Source: Eledone cirrhosa
Lineage: Eukaryota
Assembly: GCA_964016885.1 (NCBI GenBank)
Contig: OZ024741.1
Location: 123,814,001 to 123,878,000 of the forward strand
Direction: 5' to 3'
Length of the DNA stretch: 64,000 nucleotides
This document shows, piece after piece, positions 13,305 through 26,679 of the stretch. Position 1 is the stretch's first letter. Each line of letters starts with the position of its first letter. The position numbers were made by a program, and so were the translations under genes. The notes below the pieces were generated by a model. The model was not told where the DNA came from. It worked only from the letters and a program-made list of their open reading frames with translations, and searched no databases.

Positions 13305-14117
13305 GAATTTTTTTTAATATAAGGAACTGTTTCTTTGTTTATTCATTATTGTATTAATTTATATATATATGTATATATATATATATATATATATAAGTTG
13401 TAATAAAATGAAAACGAAATTTCATTTCTCACTCTTAGTACGGCACTTACTATTTATATATATATACACCTCTTGAATAATTTACTGAGATGGATTATAT
13501 TGAACATAGATCAATGTGACATATATGTTGTACTGAAAATCTACTTTTTTTTTATAAGAGAGATATGTATTATATCATTGGGCTGTGGCATTACATAATT
13601 GTCAGGCCGTGAATAAAAAAAAAATCTGTATTTGTTGTATGTTTCAGATTTTTACGTTTGCGTATTCAACTTTACCTTTCATCGTCAGGACTCTGTAAAA
13701 TATAGTAGTAGGCAAGTACTGAGGCCGATTCTATGAGATTTTGGCTGGACTTGTGCCTAAATTCGAAACCTATTATTACATTTGCATGTCGTTCGCTGTA
13801 TTCCTTATTTCAGAGACACCTATATGGAAATAAGGTATGAATTTCGTAGCCAATGTGGTGAGTGTGAAATATGGTAACTGTATATATTTAATATATACAA
13901 CGTGTTTGATATTATAAACCTTGTAATATAAGGAATGTAAACAATAAATCTGAAACTATCGTTTTGTAACGGGCACAATCTGAAATTCAGTAAAAGAATA
14001 ATGTCTTTTTGCGGGTGGGTGTGCTTGTTTTATCTTTAAACGTGTGTGGAACATTCGCGTAAATTGTGTATTAATTTCTCCCTTCTGACAAATTTATAAA
14101 TCGGATAATTATGTGAG

Positions 14118-14345
<228 letters not shown>

Positions 14346-14474
14346 TCTACCTGGAGTTGCGCCCGATAGAGAGTACTAGCAATTGGAAAGACCAACGGAA
14401 ACATTGTTTCCTCGGTCCGATTTGACGAAAGTCGATCGACTGTCGATATATAGTATATATAAATATATATATAT

Positions 14475-17400
14475 ATAAAAACAAATAACGAAACGAAATT
14501 AAATTTCGTTTCGTTTGTAACTCACTTTTGTATGACTGACGCTTAAACAATTAAGTTAAAGATGTACATCCATATATGTATACTGAAATACTAGTATGCA
14601 TATGAATACACACACGTATACATATGTAGATGTACCAAGTTTTTTCACTGGTCACTTTACTGTGAGTGGCCAGCTATTCCGTATGTAAACACACAGACAA
14701 ACCGGTTTTTAGAGTCATACTGGTTTTTGAGGAAACACCTTTCCTCTATTCTCCAGAAAGCCAGACAAGGAATATTGAACTAGTTTCGTTGTTGTTACAA
14801 CTCATCAGCAATATTTACCTATCTTCCGGCCTCTCTAGAGAATCGTAAAAGCACATAGCGTTATATGCTTTTTCTATGAAAATTAGTAGTGGGCAGACTA
14901 ATTTGCATAGAGTGTGAGTAAGTACCGGTTCAACGGAGACGATAAAAACAAATAACGAAACGAAATTAAATTTCGTTTCGTTTGTAACTCACTTTTGTAT
15001 GACTGACGCTTAAACAATTAAGTTAAAGATGTACATCCATATATGTATACTGAAATACTAGTATGCATATGAATACACACACGTATACATATGTAGATGT
15101 ACCAAGTTTTTTCACTGGTCACTTTACTGTGAGTGGCCAGCTATTCCGTATGTAAACACACAGACAAACCGGTTTTTAGAGTCATACTGGTTTTTGAGGA
15201 AACACCTTTCCTCTATTCTCCAGAAAGCCAGACAAGGAATATTGAACTAGTTTCGTTGTTGTTACAACTCATCAGCAATATTTACCTATCTTCCGGCCTC
15301 TCTAGAGAATCGTAAAAGCACATAGCGTTATATGCTTTTTCTATGAAAATTAGTAGTGGGCAGACTAATTTGCATAGAGTGTGAGTAAGTACCGGTTCAA
15401 CGGAGACGATAAAAACAAATAACGAAACGAAATTAAATTTCGTTTCGTTTGTAACTCACTTTTGTATGACTGACGCTTAAACAATTAAGTTAAAGATGTA
15501 CATCCATATATGTATACTGAAATACTAGTATGCATATGAATACACACACGTATACATATGTAGATGTACCAAGTTTTTTCACTGGTCACTTTACTGTGAG
15601 TGGCCAGCTATTCCGTATGTAAACACACAGACAAACCGGTTTTTAGAGTCATACTGGTTTTTGAGGAAACACCTTTCCTCTATTCTCCAGAAAGCCAGAC
15701 AAGGAATATTGAACTAGTTTCGTTGTTGTTACAACTCATCAGCAATATTTACCTATCTTCCGGCCTCTCTAGAGAATCGTAAAAGCACATAGCGTTATAT
15801 GCTTTTTCTATGAAAATTAGTAGTGGGCAGACTAATTTGCATAGAGTGTGAGTAAGTACCGGTTCAACGGAGACGATAAAAACAAATAACGAAACGAAAT
15901 TAAATTTCGTTTCGTTTGTAACTCACTTTTGTATGACTGACGCTTAAACAATTAAGTTAAAGATGTACATCCATATATGTATACTGAAATACTAGTATGC
16001 ATATGAATACACACACGTATACATATGTAGATGTACCAAGTTTTTTCACTGGTCACTTTACTGTGAGTGGCCAGCTATTCCGTATGTAAACACACAGACA
16101 AACCGGTTTTTAGAGTCATACTGGTTTTTGAGGAAACACCTTTCCTCTATTCTCCAGAAAGCCAGACAAGGAATATTGAACTAGTTTCGTTGTTGTTACA
16201 ACTCATCAGCAATATTTACCTATCTTCCGGCCTCTCTAGAGAATCGTAAAAGCACATAGCGTTATATGCTTTTTCTATGAAAATTAGTAGTGGGCAGACT
16301 AATTTGCATAGAGTGTGAGTAAGTACCGGTTCAACGGAGACGATAAAAACAAATAACGAAACGAAATTAAATTTCGTTTCGTTTGTAACTCACTTTTGTA
16401 TGACTGACGCTTAAACAATTAAGTTAAAGATGTACATCCATATATGTATACTGAAATACTAGTATGCATATGAATACACACACGTATACATATGTAGATG
16501 TACCAAGTTTTTTCACTGGTCACTTTACTGTGAGTGGCCAGCTATTCCGTATGTAAACACACAGACAAACCGGTTTTTAGAGTCATACTGGTTTTTGAGG
16601 AAACACCTTTCCTCTATTCTCCAGAAAGCCAGACAAGGAATATTGAACTAGTTTCGTTGTTGTTACAACTCATCAGCAATATTTACCTATCTTCCGGCCT
16701 CTCTAGAGAATCGTAAAAGCACATAGCGTTATATGCTTTTTCTATGAAAATTAGTAGTGGGCAGACTAATTTGCATAGAGTGTGAGTAAGTACCGGTTCA
16801 ACGGAGACGATAAAAACAAATAACGAAACGAAATTAAATTTCGTTTCGTTTGTAACTCACTTTTGTATGACTGACGCTTAAACAATTAAGTTAAAGATGT
16901 ACATCCATATATGTATACTGAAATACTAGTATGCATATGAATACACACACGTATACATATGTAGATGTACCAAGTTTTTTCACTGGTCACTTTACTGTGA
17001 GTGGCCAGCTATTCCGTATGTAAACACACAGACAAACCGGTTTTTAGAGTCATACTGGTTTTTGAGGAAACACCTTTCCTCTATTCTCCAGAAAGCCAGA
17101 CAAGGAATATTGAACTAGTTTCGTTGTTGTTACAACTCATCAGCAATATTTACCTATCTTCCGGCCTCTCTAGAGAATCGTAAAAGCACATAGCGTTATA
17201 TGCTTTTTCTATGAAAATTAGTAGTGGGCAGACTAATTTGCATAGAGTGTGAGTAAGTACCGGTTCAACGGAGACGATAAAAACAAATAACGAAACGAAA
17301 TTAAATTTCGTTTCGTTTGTAACTCACTTTTGTATGACTGACGCTTAAACAATTAAGTTAAAGATGTACATCCATATATGTATACTGAAATACTAGTATG

Positions 17401-19231
17401 CATATGAATACACACACGTATACATATGTAGATGTACCAAGTTTTTTCACTGGTCACTTTACTGTGAGTGGCCAGCTATTCCGTATGTAAACACACAGAC
17501 AAACCGGTTTTTAGAGTCATACTGGTTTTTGAGGAAACACCTTTCCTCTATTCTCCAGAAAGCCAGACAAGGAATATTGAACTAGTTTCGTTGTTGTTAC
17601 AACTCATCAGCAATATTTACCTATCTTCCGGCCTCTCTAGAGAATCGTAAAAGCACATAGCGTTATATGCTTTTTCTATGAAAATTAGTAGTGGGCAGAC
17701 TAATTTGCATAGAGTGTGAGTAAGTACCGGTTCAACGGAGACGATAAAAACAAATAACGAAACGAAATTAAATTTCGTTTCGTTTGTAACTCACTTTTGT
17801 ATGACTGACGCTTAAACAATTAAGTTAAAGATGTACATCCATATATGTATACTGAAATACTAGTATGCATATGAATACACACACGTATACATATGTAGAT
17901 GTACCAAGTTTTTTCACTGGTCACTTTACTGTGAGTGGCCAGCTATTCCGTATGTAAACACACAGACAAACCGGTTTTTAGAGTCATACTGGTTTTTGAG
18001 GAAACACCTTTCCTCTATTCTCCAGAAAGCCAGACAAGGAATATTGAACTAGTTTCGTTGTTGTTACAACTCATCAGCAATATTTACCTATCTTCCGGCC
18101 TCTCTAGAGAATCGTAAAAGCACATAGCGTTATATGCTTTTTCTATGAAAATTAGTAGTGGGCAGACTAATTTGCATAGAGTGTGAGTAAGTACCGGTTC
18201 AACGGAGACGATAAAAACAAATAACGAAACGAAATTAAATTTCGTTTCGTTTGTAACTCACTTTTGTATGACTGACGCTTAAACAATTAAGTTAAAGATG
18301 TACATCCATATATGTATACTGAAATACTAGTATGCATATGAATACACACACGTATACATATGTAGATGTACCAAGTTTTTTCACTGGTCACTTTACTGTG
18401 AGTGGCCAGCTATTCCGTATGTAAACACACAGACAAACCGGTTTTTAGAGTCATACTGGTTTTTGAGGAAACACCTTTCCTCTATTCTCCAGAAAGCCAG
18501 ACAAGGAATATTGAACTAGTTTCGTTGTTGTTACAACTCATCAGCAATATTTACCTATCTTCCGGCCTCTCTAGAGAATCGTAAAAGCACATAGCGTTAT
18601 ATGCTTTTTCTATGAAAATTAGTAGTGGGCAGACTAATTTGCATAGAGTGTGAGTAAGTACCGGTTCAACGGAGACGATAAAAACAAATAACGAAACGAA
18701 ATTAAATTTCGTTTCGTTTGTAACTCACTTTTGTATGACTGACGCTTAAACAATTAAGTTAAAGATGTACATCCATATATGTATACTGAAATACTAGTAT
18801 GCATATGAATACACACACGTATACATATGTAGATGTACCAAGTTTTTTCACTGGTCACTTTACTGTGAGTGGCCAGCTATTCCGTATGTAAACACACAGA
18901 CAAACCGGTTTTTAGAGTCATACTGGTTTTTGAGGAAACACCTTTCCTCTATTCTCCAGAAAGCCAGACAAGGAATATTGAACTAGTTTCGTTGTTGTTA
19001 CAACTCATCAGCAATATTTACCTATCTTCCGGCCTCTCTAGAGAATCGTAAAAGCACATAGCGTTATATGCTTTTTCTATGAAAATTAGTAGTGGGCAGA
19101 CTAATTTGCATAGAGTGTGAGTAAGTACCGGTTCAACGGAGACGATAAAAACAAATAACGAAACGAAATTAAATTTCGTTTCGTTTGTAACTCACTTTTG
19201 TATGACTGACGCTTAAACAATTAAGTTAAAG
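14475..19231 (-). repeat. 467-bp tandem array, left arm (~10.2 units; hammerhead on minus)
   Basis: Exact 467-bp period (identical 60-aa ORFs at 14666, 15133 ... 18869). Units appear identical by eye. Confidence 0.97.
14768..14820 (-). ncRNA. Type I hammerhead ribozyme, first of 10 copies in the left arm (every 467 bp)
   Basis: RNA reads AAUAUUG-CUGAUGA-GUUG(uaacaa)CAAC-GAAAC-UA-GUU-CAAUAUU: intact core, 7-bp stem I, 4-bp stem II, palindromic stem III. Confidence 0.9.
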
Positions 19232-22200
19232 CATATAACGCTATGTGCTTTTACGATTCTCTAGAGAGGCCGGAAGATAGGTAAATATTGCTGATGAGTT
19301 GTAACAACAACGAAACTAGTTCAATATTCCTTGTCTGGCTTTCTGGAGAATAGAGGAAAGGTGTTTCCTCAAAAACCAGTATGACTCTAAAAACCGGTTT
19401 GTCTGTGTGTTTACATACGGAATAGCTGGCCACTCACAGTAAAGTGACCAGTGAAAAAACTTGGTACATCTACATATGTATACGTGTGTGTATTCATATG
19501 CATACTAGTATTTCAGTATACATATATGGATGTACATCTTTAACTTAATTGTTTAAGCGTCAGTCATACAAAAGTGAGTTACAAACGAAACGAAATTTAA
19601 TTTCGTTTCGTTATTTTTTTTTATCGTCTCCGTTGAACCGGTACTTACTCACACTCTATGCAAATTAGTCTGCCCACTACTAATTTTCATAGAAAAAGCA
19701 TATAACGCTATGTGCTTTTACGATTCTCTAGAGAGGCCGGAAGATAGGTAAATATTGCTGATGAGTTGTAACAACAACGAAACTAGTTCAATATTCCTTG
19801 TCTGGCTTTCAGGAGAATAGAGGAAAGGTGTTTCCTCAAAAACCAGTATGACTCTAAAAACCGGTTTGTCTGTGTGTTTACATACGGAATAGCTGGCCAC
19901 TCACAGTAAAGTGACCAGTGAAAAAACTTGGTACATCTACATATGTATACGTGTGTGTATTCATATGCATACTAGTATTTCAGTATACATATATGGATGT
20001 ACATCTTTAACTTAATTGTTTAAGCGTCAGTCATACAAAAGTGAGTTACAAACGAAACGAAATTTAATTTCGTTTCGTTATTTGTTTTTATCGTCTCCGT
20101 TGAACCGGTACTTACTCACACTCTATGCAAATTAGTCTGCCCACTACTAATTTTCATAGAAAAAGCATATAACGCTATGTGCTTTTACGATTCTCTAGAG
20201 AGGCCGGAAGATAGGTAAATATTGCTGATGAGTTGTAACAACAACGAAACTAGTTCAATATTCCTTGTCTGGCTTTCTGGAGAATAGAGGAAAGGTGTTT
20301 CCTCAAAAACCAGTATGACTCTAAAAACCGGTTTGTCTGTGTGTTTACATACGGAATAGCTGGCCACTCACAGTAAAGTGACCAGTGAAAAAACTTGGTA
20401 CATCTACATATGTATACGTGTGTGTATTCATATGCATACTAGTATTTCAGTATACATATATGGATGTACATCTTTAACTTAATTGTTTAAGCGTCAGTCA
20501 TACAAAAGTGAGTTACAAACGAAACGAAATTTAATTTCGTTTCGTTATTTGTTTTTATCGTCTCCGTTGAACCGGTACTTACTCACACTCTATGCAAATT
20601 AGTCTGCCCACTACTAATTTTCATAGAAAAAGCATATAACGCTATGTGCTTTTACGATTCTCTAGAGAGGCCGGAAGATAGGTAAATATTGCTGATGAGT
20701 TGTAACAACAACGAAACTAGTTCAATATTCCTTGTCTGGCTTTCTGGAGAATAGAGGAAAGGTGTTTCCTCAAAAACCAGTATGACTCTAAAAACCGGTT
20801 TGTCTGTGTGTTTACATACGGAATAGCTGGCCACTCACAGTAAAGTGACCAGTGAAAAAACTTGGTACATCTACATATGTATACGTGTGTGTATTCATAT
20901 GCATACTAGTATTTCAGTATACATATATGGATGTACATCTTTAACTTAATTGTTTAAGCGTCAGTCATACAAAAGTGAGTTACAAACGAAACGAAATTTA
21001 ATTTCGTTTCGTTATTTGTTTTTATCGTCTCCGTTGAACCGGTACTTACTCACACTCTATGCAAATTAGTCTGCCCACTACTAATTTTCATAGAAAAAGC
21101 ATATAACGCTATGTGCTTTTACGATTCTCTAGAGAGGCCGGAAGATAGGTAAATATTGCTGATGAGTTGTAACAACAACGAAACTAGTTCAATATTCCTT
21201 GTCTGGCTTTCTGGAGAATAGAGGAAAGGTGTTTCCTCAAAAACCAGTATGACTCTAAAAACCGGTTTGTCTGTGTGTTTACATACGGAATAGCTGGCCA
21301 CTCACAGTAAAGTGACCAGTGAAAAAACTTGGTACATCTACATATGTATACGTGTGTGTATTCATATGCATACTAGTATTTCAGTATACATATATGGATG
21401 TACATCTTTAACTTAATTGTTTAAGCGTCAGTCATACAAAAGTGAGTTACAAACGAAACGAAATTTAATTTCGTTTCGTTATTTGTTTTTATCGTCTCCG
21501 TTGAACCGGTACTTACTCACACTCTATGCAAATTAGTCTGCCCACTACTAATTTTCATAGAAAAAGCATATAACGCTATGTGCTTTTACGATTCTCTAGA
21601 GAGGCCGGAAGATAGGTAAATATTGCTGATGAGTTGTAACAACAACGAAACTAGTTCAATATTCCTTGTCTGGCTTTCTGGAGAATAGAGGAAAGGTGTT
21701 TCCTCAAAAACCAGTATGACTCTAAAAACCGGTTTGTCTGTGTGTTTACATACGGAATAGCTGGCCACTCACAGTAAAGTGACCAGTGAAAAAACTTGGT
21801 ACATCTACATATGTATACGTGTGTGTATTCATATGCATACTAGTATTTCAGTATACATATATGGATGTACATCTTTAACTTAATTGTTTAAGCGTCAGTC
21901 ATACAAAAGTGAGTTACAAACGAAACGAAATTTAATTTCGTTTCGTTATTTGTTTTTATCGTCTCCGTTGAACCGGTACTTACTCACACTCTATGCAAAT
22001 TAGTCTGCCCACTACTAATTTTCATAGAAAAAGCATATAACGCTATGTGCTTTTACGATTCTCTAGAGAGGCCGGAAGATAGGTAAATATTGCTGATGAG
22101 TTGTAACAACAACGAAACTAGTTCAATATTCCTTGTCTGGCTTTCTGGAGAATAGAGGAAAGGTGTTTCCTCAAAAACCAGTATGACTCTAAAAACCGGT

Positions 22201-22824
22201 TTGTCTGTGTGTTTACATACGGAATAGCTGGCCACTCACAGTAAAGTGACCAGTGAAAAAACTTGGTACATCTACATATGTATACGTGTGTGTATTCATA
22301 TGCATACTAGTATTTCAGTATACATATATGGATGTACATCTTTAACTTAATTGTTTAAGCGTCAGTCATACAAAAGTGAGTTACAAACGAAACGAAATTT
22401 AATTTCGTTTCGTTATTTGTTTTTATCGTCTCCGTTGAACCGGTACTTACTCACACTCTATGCAAATTAGTCTGCCCACTACTAATTTTCATAGAAAAAG
22501 CATATAACGCTATGTGCTTTTACGATTCTCTAGAGAGGCCGGAAGATAGGTAAATATTGCTGATGAGTTGTAACAACAACGAAACTAGTTCAATATTCCT
22601 TGTCTGGCTTTCTGGAGAATAGAGGAAAGGTGTTTCCTCAAAAACCAGTATGACTCTAAAAACCGGTTTGTCTGTGTGTTTACATACGGAATAGCTGGCC
22701 ACTCACAGTAAAGTGACCAGTGAAAAAACTTGGTACATCTACATATGTATACGTGTGTGTATTCATATGCATACTAGTATTTCAGTATACATATATGGAT
22801 GTACATCTTTAACTTAATTGTTTA
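19228..22824 (+). repeat. 467-bp tandem array, right arm, inverted (~7.7 units; hammerhead on plus)
   Basis: Reverse complement of the left-arm unit with a 467-bp period. Only two variants seen (19617 G>T, 19811 T>A). Ends in (TA)n. Confidence 0.97.
19284..19328 (+). ncRNA. Type I hammerhead ribozyme, first of 8 copies in the right arm
   Basis: CTGATGA at 19291, GAAAC at 19312, predicted cleavage after 19321. Confidence 0.9.
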
Positions 22825-22835
22825 TATATATATAA

Positions 22836-22961
<126 letters not shown>

Positions 22962-22968
22962 TAAATAT

Positions 22969-23390
<422 letters not shown>

Positions 23391-23486
23391 TATATATATA
23401 TAGTTCGTAATACAAGAAACAGACAACGCAGGAGAACATGTTACAAAAAGTATTAGTTTGACGCTTAGTGAGAGTGGTGGGTGTGG

Positions 23487-23522
23487 TTGCGACGTTTCAG
23501 GCATAAGCCCTTCATCAGCAGG
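23487..23522 (-). ncRNA. Minimal hammerhead motif (same family as 32092)
   Basis: Reverse complement reads CTGATGA-AGGGC-TTAT-GCCT-GAAAC-GTC. Confidence 0.65.
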
Positions 23523-23865
23523 AGAGTGGGGAGGGGGGATCAAATTCCGAAGAAATAACACCACACGTTCGACCGGCCCCTTGTATCATCAAAAGAAAAT
23601 CTTTTTTCGGGGAAATTATTTATTAGATTTTTCCAAATGTAAAGGTTATCATAATTGATAGTCGTCAGTGAAATATGTATAAGGAGATTTTAATAAATCT
23701 GAATCAACTGAATATGCCCTCCGATCACTTATTAATATATAATGATCCGTCTTGAACCCTTTATACAGGTCGGTGAATGCTTCTTTTTATCTGCTTCCAA
23801 ACAGACGGACCATGGTGTGATCCGCACATCCATGTCCGTTAAGCCGTTACCCCCCTCTCTCTCTC

Positions 23866-23925
<60 letters not shown>

Positions 23926-24304
23926 TATATATATATATATATATGTATATCCAGGGAGTGTAACGCAGAGTTACTGTAGGTTCACCCGGGTGAGCGCTTG
24001 ATGCTTAGCTTCACGTTAGTATCGAGGTGTGGAGATAGACAGAGTGTAGTATAATAATTGTTTCTACGTTTGGCACAAGGCCACCAATTACCCAGTGCAT
24101 TACTGGCAAAGTTAACCTGAAATACAGATGGATGGTTACTCCTTTAATACTACCACAGAGGTCCGACGAGCCATTGCTTACAGAGTCGGGCTAGATCGAT
24201 ACAGATCGAAACTTGAGCTGATTAATAGTGAAACCCGCCTCACTAACCAATAAACGTAATGAAGGAGTAACCATTCATCCTTGTATTATTATTATTATTA
24301 TTAT

Positions 24305-26679
24305 TGGCGACTTACGTAGTAAATCGTATCATCGTGATCTGCGCAAAGGTTTGTTGTTTTCAGTTATTTAAAATTGCCATTCATGGAAATTTTTTTATTG
24401 TTAACTCTATATACGTGCACATACATTGTTATCTGAAAAGGACACCCAAAAGGATTGGGGCCTTATGCCCAAAATTTAAACTTTTATGATTATCAAAAAT
24501 TTCTTTGAAAAAATCATGGCTGGTTCACCTCTGCACCAAGCAACTGAGAGCCTTCCTCACAAACTAACACCTCACACCGAAACCACCATTGTAAATATTA
24601 CTACGTTTGCCAACACTAAAACTATAAGCAGTAGAAATATTTTAAATTTGTCTCAGGCAGACATTCATTTCCCGCCATTACCAATGAGTGCAGCAGGTGT
24701 TAAATCCGCCACCACCACCACCACCACCGCGACACCCCCCCCCCCCCCTCCATCACCACCGCGACAACAGAAACAAAAGAAAAAAATAAATTAACTCGTG
24801 ATATCGAAATGAATTCAAACAAAATGAACTCTTCCACACCGAAAACCAGTGACGCCACCACCACCACAACTGAAACTAAAATTAATAATAACAAAAATAA
24901 CGATAACAACAACAGCAACAATGACATTAAGAAAACCACCCTGAGTAGCAAAACAGTGCGAAGCATTTCAGGTAACTCAGGAGGAATTAGAAGAAGCCAA
25001 CAAAATGGTAAAGAAAGGTTGGTATAGGGTCAGCCGCAGCCCCCACCTAATAAAATGGAGCATCGGCGCCTATGCACCGAGTCTTATCGAACAATTAATG
25101 TAAAATCGCGCCGAGGGGAGCGGGCATCCGAGTCCCAAATCCAAAAAGCTTTGGAACATGTGTTGGCAAAAAACCCCCACATCAGACGTGGGCAGAAGTA
25201 TGGAACCGTGGACGTGTTCTTTGAACACCAGAGGAGGCTAGAGAACACTCCATGGCCCCATTAAGAAGTGACGACTTCACACTCGTCCCAAGCTATTGTG
25301 GCCAGAGACTCGTAAAGATTAGGGTCACCCACGTTCCACCGGCCATCGAAATTCCCTGGATAATAGCTGCCGTCCTCGCCGGCATCGAAGCCAACACCAA
25401 AATAATCGAAATAGCGAAAGAAAAGCAGGAGAACAGGTCCGGATCTGGGATGGAGCTCCTGATCCAAGCGGACCAAAAAAGCATGGAGGAGATCCCAGAG
25501 GTAATAGACCTCACTGACGGCAGTCACCTCACCGTAATTGTCGAGGGCAGAAGGCCTAGGTGTGGCGTTTGTGGTGAAGGAACCCATCTAAGGGCTTTCT
25601 GCCCTCAGGCTAAAAGGTTGAGGCCACCTCTCTTACCCACCCCAGTGACTCAACCATCAACACCACCATCAGCAGAGATGGCAGCAACAACTGTAGCAGC
25701 AACAACAGAAGCAACTGTAACAGCAACAACCCCAGCAACAGTAGCAAAACCAACACCACCACCACCCAACGCTTCAGAACTAGCACCAGCGCCTACACCA
25801 TCCACCACACTAAAACCAAAACTAACGCCTGTGGAGGATTTTCCACTCCCCGGCCTATCACAACTGGAGACAGATTGTGACGACGAGGAGTGAGAAACGG
25901 TATCAGGAAAAAAGAAAAAAAGAAACCTAAAGAGAAAAAATGATCTTCCTTCCCACCCCAAACACCAACACCATCACCATCATTAACCCCAACACCACCA
26001 TCACCTACACCACAAAAGTCACCAAAAAGCGAAACAGAAACAAGCCACAAACAAAACAAAACAACAAAAACGATACACACTACACAGCATGAAATTTGAA
26101 CAACAACCAATTATTACACTACATCCAACACAACACCAGCATAACAGAAACAGACTACACAACAACCCAAAAGTTCACACCACCTCCACACATACAAATC
26201 ACTCGCATCACACAGAAAACGTACACGACACTAAAACAAAAATTGCCCAAAGACGTCGGAGACTTCCGACAAATACTCTCCAGGAGGATTTATAAGGACA
26301 TCCTTACGGAGGAGGCGACGAGCAGTGAAAAGGATGGACAAACCATCCTTCCTCTACGAGAAGTAAGGTAAGTGGTCTTTCCCATCTTTTCCACTCCATT
26401 TCAACATGACCTCACTCAGAATAGGCAGCATAAATGCGAGTGGCTTGGGGTCGATGTGTACGCATCTCCCAGCCGTCCGGGATCGGGGGGAGGAGATGCT
26501 GTGCTTTTTCGGAGAGGTTTGGATCTCGCCATACGGGCCATTTCCTGGACCCAGAAGTTAAGTTGGTGGTGCTAAACGTGAGCAGCGGAGACGGGCAAGC
26601 TTTCAGGCTAGTGGCCGTCTATGCCCCGACAGGAGCAGGGCGGCCTGATTTTCTTCCGGCGTCTGGAGACCTTTCTTTG
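24305..26679 (+). mobile_element. Second Tx1/L1-type LINE, 5' portion (ORF1 and truncated APE), decayed
   Basis: ORF1 YCGQRLVKIRV...VIVEGRRPRCGVCGEGTHLRAFC (CCHC) is homologous to element 1. ORF2 begins MTSLRIGSINASGLG (~26406) and includes FRLVAVYAP. The 5' end abuts (ATT)n. Confidence 0.8.

Larger units (their letters stand above)
9328..13362 (+). mobile_element. Penelope-like retroelement, near full length, Hydra-like, inserted in (TA)n
   Basis: RT+GIY-YIG pseudo-ORF, 3' pLTR with a ~230-bp internal duplication and a hammerhead, a 5' fold-back hairpin (9335-9388), and (TA)n on both sides. Confidence 0.85.

Noticed and set aside
19228-19231. Simple sequencing fold-back artefact
   Set aside because: The junction is not a mirror point (arms meet at different unit positions via AAAG), the outer flanks are unrelated, and the layout recurs in a diverged family. 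Read-level confirmation is still advisable.
14666-22702. 18 identical 60-aa ORFs (MASYSVCKHT...) as a tandem gene family
   Set aside because: GTG start, no recognisable domain and antisense to the hammerhead. A by-product of the repeat.
14475-22824. CRISPR array
   Set aside because: Units are wholly identical with no unique spacers, there are no cas genes, and the context is eukaryotic.
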